The notes below the pieces were generated by a model that was given only the letters and a program-made list of their open reading frames with translations, made no database searches and was not told the DNA's origin. Shown piece by piece: positions 48,425 through 57,060 of a stretch of 64,000 bases of DNA. A program made the position numbers and the translations under genes. Numbering within the stretch: position 1 is the first letter of the stretch; every line of letters starts with the position of its first letter. The stretch lies in assembly GCA_964555465.1 (NCBI GenBank), contig CAZKSR010000001.1, forward strand, positions 39,354-103,353, given 5' to 3'. Origin of the DNA: an uncultured Oscillospiraceae bacterium. Its GTDB lineage: Bacteria; Bacillota; Clostridia; Oscillospirales; Oscillospiraceae.

Positions 48425-48994
48425 TTGAAATACTCCTTTCAAAAATCGAATACATTGTCGGTGAAATTCCTCCATGGTCGCGTCGGAGGAGAGGGTATAT
48501 GCTGTCATAGCGGAAAATTCCGCGTCGGTTTTTTGCGCACGCAGGCGCCTGCGTGCATCCTGCTCGGAAATGCCGTCGCGAAGCATGAGCCGACGGATGC
48601 GGAGAGCCTCGGGCGCGGTGACGGTGACGGTGACATCGCACAGTGCGGCCAGACCGCTTTCAAAGAGGGCGACGGCATCGATGACGGCCGCTTCCGCCCG
48701 AAGCAAACGCCGCTCGACCTCACGACGGATATGCGGATGGGTGAGTGCGTTGAGAAGCGCCAGCTTTTCGGCATCCTCAAAGACGATGCGGCCGAGGCGT
48801 TTGCGGTCAAGTCGACCGGAGACAAAGGCGGAAGGGAAGTGTGCACGCAATTCGTCCAGCATCGGTCGGCTCGTCTGCAAAAGCTCGTGGTAGACTGCGT
48901 CGCAGTCGACGACCGTTGCTCCGAGTGCCTCTGCCGCTTGCAGGAGCGTGGTTTTGCCGCTGCCGCTTCCACCGGTTACGCCGAGGATCTTCAT
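47027..48994 (-). CDS. coaE: dephospho-CoA kinase (190 aa) reading in frame, without a stop, into the M18 aminopeptidase (655-aa fusion)
   Basis: GVTGGSGSGKTT, DCD, LDR..LG..VF, HP.I, R.RRL..RDG, R..AQ. The ATG overlaps the sua5 stop and there is no stop before 47027. Confidence 0.85.
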   Translation of the reverse strand: MKILGVTGGSGSGKTTLLQAAEALGATVVDCDAVYHELLQTSRPMLDELRAHFPSAFVSGRLDRKRLGRIVFEDAEKLALLNALTHPHIRREVERRLLRAEAAVIDAVALFESGLAALCDVTVTVTAPEALRIRRLMLRDGISEQDARRRLRAQKTDAEFSAMTAYTLSSDATMEEFHRQCIRFLKGVFQMEKNYEELRKELLNAPKNGYDRISEADLAAMEPYCREYMDFISTCKIEREAVDWTVSVAEKNGFVPLTPDMKLNPGDRVYGNVHGKAAFFAVIGSEGLNHGAHICAAHIDSPRLDLKPNPLYEDAEMAYFKTHYYGGIKKYQWTTTPLALHGVVCKKDGSVVKVTVGEDANDPIFCVTDLLIHLSGDQMKKTLADGVTGENLNILLGSKPLKDDDGADRIKFAVLCLLNEKYGLVEEDFLSAELTMVPAGPAREVGFDRSLIAAYGHDDRVCAFAAFKPLLELGTPKKTAVCVLADKEEVGSNGISGMQSDAFETFIHDLCKATGSCMRRCFESSFCLSADVSNAYDPIYPETCDRRNNTRINYGTGIFKYTGARGKSGSSDAAAEVMGYVRALFAEHDVIWQTGELGKVDQGGGGTVACYMANRNIETVDAGVPVLSMHAPMELVSKLDTYMTYKGMKVFYEAE

Positions 48995-50025
48995 GCTTCG
49001 GCCTCCGCATCGACCGTGTGGAAGCCGGCTGCTTTTTTCAGACGGTTGCGCACGGCGTAGGCCGCTCCGCCTCCATCGGGACAACGGGCGTAGATCGTTC
49101 GAATTTCCGGTGTGTCCAAGTCGCGCAGCGCCGCAAAAAGCCCTGCGCAAAGGGTCATGGCATCGTTTTCACTTCCGTAGGCGGTGGGGTTCAGACCGTC
49201 GTAGAGAGACAGCTCCTCCCGAAAGCACAGAACGGCATCGTGCGCCTCAAAACGGCGGCGGATGTATCTTGCGGCGGCCTCGCGGCTACCTTCGACAATG
49301 ATGACCTCGGCACTCGGTGCATAGTGCTTATATTTCATGCCGGGCGCACGGACGACGGTGTCGTTTGCAATGGAGCCGAGGACGGCACGATCGACCTCCA
49401 ATGTCCCGAGTGCCTGCCGCAGCTCCTCGGGCGTGATGCCGCCCGGACGGAGCAGACGTGGAACGTCGCCCGTCAGGTCGACGATGGTCGATTCGACGCC
49501 GACCTCGCACGCACCGCCGTCCAAAACGGCGGCAATGCGGCCGTCCATATCATGAAGGACGTGGGCGGCGGTTGTCGTGGAGGGCTTGCCGGAGCGGTTG
49601 GCCGACGGCGCGGCAATGGGTGTACCGCAAAGCGCAATGAGCCTCCTCGTCGACTCGGTCTTCGGACAGCGGACGGCCACGGTATCGAGGCTTGCCGTGG
49701 TGCGCTTGGGGACAATGTCACGGACGGGGAGCACCATGGTCAGCGGCCCCGGCCAGAACAGCTCCGCCAGAAGCCAAGCCGAGTCGGGAATATCGTGGCA
49801 CAGAGCCTCCAGCTCCCGAGGCTGGGCAATGTGCAAAATCAGGGGATTGTCCTGCGGACGTCCCTTCGCCTCGAAGATTTTGGCCACTGCTGCCTCGTTC
49901 AAGCCGTCGGCGCCGAGGCCGTAGACGGTTTCGGTCGGAATGGCGACCAGCTCGCCGCTTCGAATCAGGTCGGCGGCTGCTTTCAAATCGTGCTCCGATT
50001 GAGCGTTCAGTATTTGTGTATTCAT
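48991..50025 (-). CDS. sua5: L-threonylcarbamoyladenylate synthase (Sua5/TsaC2)
   Basis: PTETVYGL, KGRPQDNPLI.H, WPGPLT, SANRSG, PGMKYKHYAP, C-terminal SUA5 domain. Confidence 0.95.
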   Translation of the reverse strand: MNTQILNAQSEHDLKAAADLIRSGELVAIPTETVYGLGADGLNEAAVAKIFEAKGRPQDNPLILHIAQPRELEALCHDIPDSAWLLAELFWPGPLTMVLPVRDIVPKRTTASLDTVAVRCPKTESTRRLIALCGTPIAAPSANRSGKPSTTTAAHVLHDMDGRIAAVLDGGACEVGVESTIVDLTGDVPRLLRPGGITPEELRQALGTLEVDRAVLGSIANDTVVRAPGMKYKHYAPSAEVIIVEGSREAAARYIRRRFEAHDAVLCFREELSLYDGLNPTAYGSENDAMTLCAGLFAALRDLDTPEIRTIYARCPDGGGAAYAVRNRLKKAAGFHTVDAEAEA

Positions 50026-51110
50026 GCTTCGCCACTGCTTTCTTTCAGTCGTTCGGCCTGATCTGCGGCGATGAGTGCATCGAGGAGCTCGTCGAGGTCG
50101 CCGTTCATGATGCTGTCAATTTTGTATAGTGTCAGACCGATGCGGTGATCGGTGACACGGCTCTGGGGGAAATTATAGGTGCGTATCTTTTCGTTGCGCA
50201 TACCGCTTCCGACCTGACTTTTTCGTTTGCCGGAATATTCTGCCTCAATGCGCTCCTGCTCCATGCGGTAGAGCTTGCTTGAGAGCATCATCATACATTT
50301 TTCGCGGTTTTGAAACTGGCTGCGCTCCTCCTGACAGGCGACAACGATGCCGGTCGGCTTGTGCAGCAAGCGAACGGCGGAGGAGGTTTTGTTGATATGC
50401 TGGCCACCGGCACCGGAGGAACGATAGACCTGCATTTCGATGTCCTCCGCTCGGAGGTCGACGTCGGCCTCTTCCATTTCGGGAAGAACGGCGACGGTTG
50501 CCGTGGAGGTATGCACGCGGCCACCGGATTCCGTCTCCGGTACGCGCTGCACCCGATGCACACCCGATTCGAATTTCAGACGGGAGAACGCACCCGTGCC
50601 CCGAATTTCGAAATCGGCCTCCTTGATGCCGCCCAGCTCCGTTTCGGAGTAATTGAGCAGCTCGACCGTCCACCCACGGGCGGCGGCGTAGAGATTGTAC
50701 ATTCGGAAGAGGGAGTGGGCAAACAGGGCACTTTCCTCGCCGCCGACACCGCCTCGAATTTCGATAATGACGCTCCTGTCATCGTTCGGGTCATGGGGCA
50801 GAAGGAGAATTTTCAGCTCCTCCTCGAGGGCCTCCGTCCGCTTTTTGGCATCGGCATATTCCTCCTGACACAGCGATTTTAATTCGCTGTCCGTTCCGCC
50901 GCTCATCAGCTCGAGAGCATCGGCCATGTCCTGTCGGGCGCGCAGATAGGCACGGTAGGCCGTTACGACCGGCGCAAGCTCTCTGTGCTCCTTCAAATAG
51001 GCGGCGGCCTTCTTCGGGTCGGAGTAAAAATCGGGCTGCTCCGTCCGCGCGGATATTTCAATGTATTTTTCTTCGACAAGACGAAGCTTGTCCAGCATGG
51101 ATTGTTCCAA
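50022..51110 (-). CDS. prfA: peptide chain release factor 1
   Basis: ESGVHRVQRVPET (PxT), GAGGQHINKT, RTYNFPQ.RVTDHRI. The start may instead be the ATG at 51098. Confidence 0.96.
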   Translation of the reverse strand: MEQSMLDKLRLVEEKYIEISARTEQPDFYSDPKKAAAYLKEHRELAPVVTAYRAYLRARQDMADALELMSGGTDSELKSLCQEEYADAKKRTEALEEELKILLLPHDPNDDRSVIIEIRGGVGGEESALFAHSLFRMYNLYAAARGWTVELLNYSETELGGIKEADFEIRGTGAFSRLKFESGVHRVQRVPETESGGRVHTSTATVAVLPEMEEADVDLRAEDIEMQVYRSSGAGGQHINKTSSAVRLLHKPTGIVVACQEERSQFQNREKCMMMLSSKLYRMEQERIEAEYSGKRKSQVGSGMRNEKIRTYNFPQSRVTDHRIGLTLYKIDSIMNGDLDELLDALIAADQAERLKESSGEA

Positions 51111-51144
51111 AACGGTACCTCAAAAACAGATTTGCTTTATTCTA

Positions 51145-51957
51145 TCAGATTTTTGCCGACTTGTCCAGACAATAGACATGAAAAACGACCTCCGCGCGGT
51201 CATTCAGCTCCGTCGTTTGCGACAGAGCCTCCGCTCCGACGGCACCGATGCGGTGGACGTGCGGCGTCATGTATAACAGATCGTGGATCGACTTTTTGTC
51301 ACGGAGTGAAAATTCGAAGCTTAGCTCCTTGCGCGCAAGGAGCGTAAAGCCCTCCAAAACGGGCGTCGGCACAGGGTCTTTTTCGATGATCTGCGGATAA
51401 ATAATCTTTTTCAGAGCAGACAAATGGCCGCGCCCTGCGGTGACCTGCAGGAAAATTCCGCCGGGACGGAGCACACGGGAAAATTCCGCTGCGGCCGTAA
51501 AAGCGAACATCGACATCACGCAGTCGAAGGACGCGTCGGAAAAGGGGAGATGGGCGGCGGAGGCCGTCAAGAAATGCGCCGATTTGTCTCGAGCGGCGGC
51601 AAAGCGCACCGCATCCTTGGAAATGTCGATGCCCCAGCGCTCCGGAATATGAGTCAAATGGGAGAGATAATAGCCCTCGCCGCAGCCGACGTCGAGAACG
51701 TTTTTTGCGTGTTCGGCGTGACGGTGCAACAGCTCGCAGACGGACTGCGCGATGGGAGCATAGAAGCCCGTGCTCAGAAAATCGCGGCGGGCGGCGACCA
51801 TTTCCCTCGAGTCGCCGGGGGCGATGGAATGTTTTTGCTGGACGGGAAGGAGGTTTACATAACCTTGTCGTGCTACGTCAAAGCTGTGGCCGTTTTCACA
51901 CCGCCAGACCGCTTCGCCGCACTTCAGCTCCTTGCGGCAGATGGGACAAATTACCAT
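51145..51957 (-). CDS. 23S rRNA m1G methyltransferase (RlmA-like)
   Basis: N-terminal CPIC...C..GH zinc finger, GYVNLL, GDS.EMV.ARR.FL, LDVGCGEGYY, MTP. Confidence 0.88.
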   Translation of the reverse strand: MVICPICRKELKCGEAVWRCENGHSFDVARQGYVNLLPVQQKHSIAPGDSREMVAARRDFLSTGFYAPIAQSVCELLHRHAEHAKNVLDVGCGEGYYLSHLTHIPERWGIDISKDAVRFAAARDKSAHFLTASAAHLPFSDASFDCVMSMFAFTAAAEFSRVLRPGGIFLQVTAGRGHLSALKKIIYPQIIEKDPVPTPVLEGFTLLARKELSFEFSLRDKKSIHDLLYMTPHVHRIGAVGAEALSQTTELNDRAEVVFHVYCLDKSAKI

Positions 51958-51995
51958 AGGAAACCCTCTCTTTTTGCACATACTATCATGGGGGA

Positions 51996-52823
51996 ATGAG
52001 AATGAAAAAACTTTTTTGCAGCCTGATGCTTGTTGCCTTGCTGCTCCTGTCGGTCGAGGCGGCCGACAAACCGAAGTATATCGCCCTGACCTTTGACGAC
52101 GGGCCGAGCGGCTGCTTTACGACCGATTTGCTCGACGGACTTGCCGCAAGGGGCGTCCATGCGACGTTTTTTATCTGCGGCTATCGGGTCGACCAATTCC
52201 CGGGAATCACGGCTCGCATTGCTGCCGAGGGACACGAGATCGGCGTGCACGGCGACACGCACACGATGTTCTCACAAATGTCGCCGTCGGAGGTCTGTGG
52301 CGACCTCTCTGCTGCCATGCGGAAGATCGAGGAAGCCTCCGGCGTGAGGCCGACGCTTTTGCGGCCACCCGGCGGAATTTATGATTTGGATGTCCTCAAA
52401 AAGACGGTTTGCGCGGATCTTCCCGTGATTTTGTGGTCGGTCGATGTTGAGGATTGGTACAGAAGCAACAGCGACGAAATTTGCGCCGATATTGTAAAAG
52501 AGGTTCAAAACGGCGACGTGATCCTCCTGCACGATATGAAGGAGTCCAGCGTGAACGCCGCCCTCAAGGTGATCGATCGTTTGCAATCGGAGGGCTTCGT
52601 CTTTGTGACGGTATCCGAGCTTGCCGACCTGGCCGAAACGAAGCTTTCGGGAAATACGGCCTATTACGGCTTTCGATTTGCGAAAAACGCTTCGATTTCC
52701 GCTTTCGAGGCGGAGACGGAGCCTTGCGCAAAGCTGCCCTTGCCGCCGCCTCGACCGCGCAGTGCGAGGTTGAGCGTGCGGACGAAATCATGCAGATCGC
52801 CCTCCAAACGGCCGACGGCGTAG
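51996..52823 (+). CDS. secreted polysaccharide deacetylase (CE4/NodB)
   Basis: Signal peptide; TFDDGP, HGDTH, RPPGG, DVEDW, LLHD. The start may be 52002. The 3' end overlaps the convergent gene by 160 nt. Confidence 0.88.
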   Translation: MRMKKLFCSLMLVALLLLSVEAADKPKYIALTFDDGPSGCFTTDLLDGLAARGVHATFFICGYRVDQFPGITARIAAEGHEIGVHGDTHTMFSQMSPSEVCGDLSAAMRKIEEASGVRPTLLRPPGGIYDLDVLKKTVCADLPVILWSVDVEDWYRSNSDEICADIVKEVQNGDVILLHDMKESSVNAALKVIDRLQSEGFVFVTVSELADLAETKLSGNTAYYGFRFAKNASISAFEAETEPCAKLPLPPPRPRSARLSVRTKSCRSPSKRPTA

Positions 52824-53818
52824 CGATAGCTTTCTCCTTGCCCCGAGAAAACAGCGCACAGGCCGCCGCAGGTGTGCAGGACGGCATCGCAGAGGCGGCG
52901 CAGAGCGTCCGGGGAAAGCTCGGATTCAAACAGAAGCACGTCGCCCACGCCGCAATACCGCTCGGCAAGGGCGGCAAAGCTTGCGTTTTCCAAGCTCGTG
53001 CATCGGTATTGCGCCTTTTTCAGCTCCTCACCGACACGCTCCACGGCTGCCGCCGTCGCCAGCGGCTTGGCCGAAAGAAGGGCGGAAATCCGGCGGTTCT
53101 GCTCAAAGACGAGATTGAGGTATTCCAGTGCACGGGCACCGCAGAGCAGCTCGATTCGGGAGCCGTCGTGGAATTTTGCGGTCGAGAGAAGCTTGACAAG
53201 GCCGACCTCGCCGCTTCGACGGACGTGCAGACCGCAGCAGGCGCACAGGTCGATGTCCTGAAACTGCACCAGCCGAACGGTTCCCGTGAGAGCCTTTTTG
53301 CTGCGATAGGACAAGGTGGCAAGCGCCTCGGGGTCGGGGTAAAAAATATGCGAGGGAATGTCACGGTAGATGACATCGTTGACGGCAGATTCAAGCTCAT
53401 GAAGCTGCTGCTCGTTGATTTCACCGCTGAAATCAATGGTGATCACGTCGCTGCCCATGTGGAAGCCGACGTTATGATACCCAAAACGGGAAAAAACGAT
53501 GCCCGAGAGCATATGCTCGCCCGAGTGCTGCTGCATCAGCATGAAGCGTCTGTCCCAGTCGATGCGGCAGAGCACCGTACTGCCGACGGCGAGCGGACGG
53601 TCGCAGAGGTGAATGACACGGTTGCCGTCCTCGAAAACGTCAGAAACCTCGGCCACGTCGATCGTGCCCGTGTCGCACGGCTGGCCGCCGCCCGTGGGAT
53701 AGAAGATCGTCTCCTCCAGCTCCACACGCCATTTGCCCTTCGCCTCTTCACAGGCGGTGACGGAGGTGGTCAGCTCCTTTTGATACGGGTTTACATAATA
53801 TTGTCTGCTGGCGTCCAT
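52664..53818 (-). CDS. alanyl-tRNA editing protein (AlaX with DHHA1 domain)
   Basis: FYPTGGGQP.D.G, QQHSGEH, CACCGLHV, RGGG...AQG. Confidence 0.9.
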   Translation of the reverse strand: MDASRQYYVNPYQKELTTSVTACEEAKGKWRVELEETIFYPTGGGQPCDTGTIDVAEVSDVFEDGNRVIHLCDRPLAVGSTVLCRIDWDRRFMLMQQHSGEHMLSGIVFSRFGYHNVGFHMGSDVITIDFSGEINEQQLHELESAVNDVIYRDIPSHIFYPDPEALATLSYRSKKALTGTVRLVQFQDIDLCACCGLHVRRSGEVGLVKLLSTAKFHDGSRIELLCGARALEYLNLVFEQNRRISALLSAKPLATAAAVERVGEELKKAQYRCTSLENASFAALAERYCGVGDVLLFESELSPDALRRLCDAVLHTCGGLCAVFSGQGESYRYAVGRLEGDLHDFVRTLNLALRGRGGGKGSFAQGSVSASKAEIEAFFANRKP

Positions 53819-54023
53819 TGCTCGTCCTCCGCTGATTTTTCTTACATTATATCAGCAAAGCGGCGGAAATGCAAGAAAAACCCCGTCTGCTCAACGGGGG
53901 CGAAACGGTTTTCGCGAACGGCGCAAGGAATGTGTCCTTGCGACGCGGTGCGCATACGATGGGGCACGTTGGGTCGACGTGCCCCATGGATGTCGGGAAG
54001 GATGCCGAGCGGATATCAAGATG

Positions 54024-54056
54024 AAAAGCCACGACTGCCGAAACAGTCGTGGCTTT
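54024..54056 (-). terminator. intrinsic terminator after ygfK
   Basis: aaagccacgactg-ccgaaa-cagtcgtggcttt; T-run on the minus strand. Confidence 0.7.
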
Positions 54057-54087
54057 CGGAAATCAACAGGTGCAGAGGCCGAAAGGA

Positions 54088-57030
54088 TCAATACAGGTAG
54101 CTGTACTCATCGCGGACGGTGCGGATGAAGAGGGCGATCTCCTCGGGGATGCCGCTCAGGTCGGCGCCGCAGACCTTCTCCTCATACAGGCGGACACGGA
54201 TTCGGCCGCCCTCAAGGAGACAGAAGCCGAAGTTCTCGGAGTCATCCATATCCTTTTCCGTTTGGAAGAGCGTGAACTTATCCTTGCACGGCTGTGCGGC
54301 ATAGGGGCAGAAGGAGGTGCAGTTGCCGCACTCGTTGCACATCTTGTCGACGTGGAGAATTTCCGTTCTGCCGTCGGGCAGGCGGATGACGACGTTGGCG
54401 CGGTTCGGGCAGACATCGGCGCAATTTTGGCAGACGGTGTTGCAGTCGAGGCAGCGCTCGCCCTCGCAAGCAACGTCCTTTGCCATGGCAAGAATTCCCT
54501 TCTTTGCAACGGCAACGGCCTCGGAGGGATATGCCTCGACGGGAATGTCATACTCGTGCTTTCCGCCGACGACGATCTCGGCAAACTTGGCGGCGTCGGC
54601 AATGCCCTCAACGACGGTGGCAGGGCCGCGGTGGCAGTCGCCGGCGGCATAAACGCCGGGGATATTCGTCTCGAACGCAGGCCCCTTGCGACCCATTTCG
54701 ATGCCGTTTGCGGCCATCAGCTCGCTGTCGACCTGCTCACCGACGGCGGAGATGACGAGGTCACAGGGAATCTCGACCGTCTCGCCCGTGGGAACGGGGC
54801 TACGTCTGCCGGAGGCATCCGGCTCGCCGAGCTTCATCTTGTTGCAGATGAGCTTGCCGTCCTTCTGCTCGACGGGCGAGACAAGCTCGAGGAAGCTCAC
54901 GCCGTCCTCAATGGCCAGCTCCAGCTCTTCGGCATCGGCAGGCATATATTTCTTTGTGCGGCGATAGACCAGCGTAGAGGAGGCAGCGCCGGCGCGCTTG
55001 GCAACTCTCGCGGCATCCATCGCGGTGTTGCCGCCGCCGACAACGGCGACATGGCCGAGCGTACCGCCCTTGCCGGCCTTCATTTCTTCGAGCCAGCCGA
55101 TGACACCGCGGACATTACCGGGGATGTCGAGATTGCCGGGCTTCCATGCGCCGACGGCGTAGAGAATGTGGGTGTAGCCCTGCTTTTTCAGCTCTTCGAC
55201 ACTGGGAGCTTCGGTGTTCAGCTTGACCTCGGCACCGTATGCGAGTGCGAGAGCGATATCCTTGTCGATGGCCTCGTGGCTGATGCGGAATTCGGGGATG
55301 ACATGACGGACGATGCCGCCGAGGGCAGCGGTGCGTTCAAAGATCGTGGCTTCGACACCGGCACGGCCGAGGAAGTAGGCTGCGGCAATACCGGTCGGGC
55401 CGCCGCCGATGATGGCCGCCTTCTTGCCCTCAAGCTTTTCGGGCTTCTTCACGGACGACAGCAGGGCATCGTAGCCCTTTTCGGCGGCGAGAAGCTTGGT
55501 CGAGCGAATTTGGACGGATTCGTCGTAGAAATTACGGGAGCACTTGCCCATGCAGCGATGGGCGCAGATCGTGCCCGTGATAAAGGGCAGGGCGTTTTTC
55601 TCGGTGATGAGCTTGAGTGCTTCGGGATAAAGCCCCTTCCTGCACAGCTCGATATATTCGGGGATGTCCTGCGCAATGGGGCAGCCGCCCTTGCAGGGAG
55701 CGATATAGCAGTCCATCCACGGCACGCGTTCGTCGTTCTTTCGGGAGGGCAGGGGCTTGACGGGCTTGACGTGGTGATAGTCCGTGCGGCAGGCGGAGGA
55801 GAGAGCGGAGATTGCCGCGGTATCGGTGCCGCAGAAGGGCTTGAATTCCATGCTTTCGACCTTTTTCGCCATTTGAACCAGACGGTTATATCCGCCGGGC
55901 TTGAGGATGGTCGTTGCGACGGTAATCGGCCAAATGCCTGCACGGAAGAGCTTCTCACAGTTGAAGTATTCCGCGCCGCCGGCAAAGGAGATCTTCATTT
56001 TGCCGCCGAACTGCTCGGAAATACGGCGGCACATCTCGATGGTCAGGGGGTAGAGAGAACGACCGGACATATACATCTCGTTGTTCGGCAGCTCGCCGCG
56101 CGTGGTGTCAACGGGGAAGGTGTTTGACAGCTTCAGGCCGAATTCCAGCCCGTTCTTGTCCGCCAACGCCTGCAAGCGCTCGAACATGGGAACGGCGTCG
56201 CGCCATTGCAGATCCTCGTTGAAGTGATGCTCGTCGAAGACGATGTAGTCGTAGCCCATAGAGTCGAGAATGCTGCGGGCATCCTTGTAGCCGAGAATGG
56301 TGGGGTTGCACTTGACGAAGGTGTTGACCTTTTTCTCGGTGATGAGGTAGGAGGCAATGCGCTCGATCTCGTCGGGGGGACAGCCGTGCAGGGTCGAGAG
56401 CGTGACGGAGCGGGAGACACGGGGGGAGATGGCGGCGATGAAGTCCGCATCCTCGGGGAAGAGCTCGGTCAGGACGGCCTTGCACTCGGCAAAGATCGGC
56501 GCACGGGTGGCGTCCTTCATGGATTCGATGTAGTTGTCGACCTTTTCGCCCTTGATGCCCTCGAGGTCATAGCCGACGGACATATTGAAGACGAAGCCGT
56601 CGGGATCACCGTAGCCCCACTTCTTGGCCATAAGCTTCAGGGCACACCATGCCTTGATGTATTCGTTCAGAGCCTGACCGACCTCCAGCTCGGTCGACCA
56701 TTCCTGATTGTAGCCCTCGTCATCGGCAAGGATACAGGGACGGGGCACGCAACGGGCAAGCTCCTCGCCGTCCATCTTCTGCACGGTTTTGACCTCGAAG
56801 AAGCGGGCACCGGCGACATAGGAAGCGATGATGTTCTGCGCAAGCTGACTGTTCGGGCCTGCGGCCGGGCCGAAGGGCTTTTCGATCTTCTCAACGAAGA
56901 TCGGCAGAGTTTTGCCGGGATCGGCCTTGTATTCGGCATGGATGCCGAAAATTTCGCCGCTCTTCGCGCGCTCAGAGATGACCCAGTTCATCAGGTCTTT
57001 GAAGGGGATGGGGTACATTCTTTCGGACAT
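54088..57030 (-). CDS. ygfK: putative selenate reductase subunit YgfK (Fe-S flavoprotein of anaerobic purine/urate catabolism)
   Basis: GPAAGP..QLAQN, KCNPT.LG, KLSNTFPV, GltD-like Fe-S/FAD domain (GGGPTG, GGGNTAMD), CLDC..VC..C..VCPNRAN, CNECGNC..FCP. Confidence 0.92.
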   Translation of the reverse strand: MSERMYPIPFKDLMNWVISERAKSGEIFGIHAEYKADPGKTLPIFVEKIEKPFGPAAGPNSQLAQNIIASYVAGARFFEVKTVQKMDGEELARCVPRPCILADDEGYNQEWSTELEVGQALNEYIKAWCALKLMAKKWGYGDPDGFVFNMSVGYDLEGIKGEKVDNYIESMKDATRAPIFAECKAVLTELFPEDADFIAAISPRVSRSVTLSTLHGCPPDEIERIASYLITEKKVNTFVKCNPTILGYKDARSILDSMGYDYIVFDEHHFNEDLQWRDAVPMFERLQALADKNGLEFGLKLSNTFPVDTTRGELPNNEMYMSGRSLYPLTIEMCRRISEQFGGKMKISFAGGAEYFNCEKLFRAGIWPITVATTILKPGGYNRLVQMAKKVESMEFKPFCGTDTAAISALSSACRTDYHHVKPVKPLPSRKNDERVPWMDCYIAPCKGGCPIAQDIPEYIELCRKGLYPEALKLITEKNALPFITGTICAHRCMGKCSRNFYDESVQIRSTKLLAAEKGYDALLSSVKKPEKLEGKKAAIIGGGPTGIAAAYFLGRAGVEATIFERTAALGGIVRHVIPEFRISHEAIDKDIALALAYGAEVKLNTEAPSVEELKKQGYTHILYAVGAWKPGNLDIPGNVRGVIGWLEEMKAGKGGTLGHVAVVGGGNTAMDAARVAKRAGAASSTLVYRRTKKYMPADAEELELAIEDGVSFLELVSPVEQKDGKLICNKMKLGEPDASGRRSPVPTGETVEIPCDLVISAVGEQVDSELMAANGIEMGRKGPAFETNIPGVYAAGDCHRGPATVVEGIADAAKFAEIVVGGKHEYDIPVEAYPSEAVAVAKKGILAMAKDVACEGERCLDCNTVCQNCADVCPNRANVVIRLPDGRTEILHVDKMCNECGNCTSFCPYAAQPCKDKFTLFQTEKDMDDSENFGFCLLEGGRIRVRLYEEKVCGADLSGIPEEIALFIRTVRDEYSYLY

Positions 57031-57060
57031 GAGAATTCCTCCTTAATCGTTATCGTGCGT

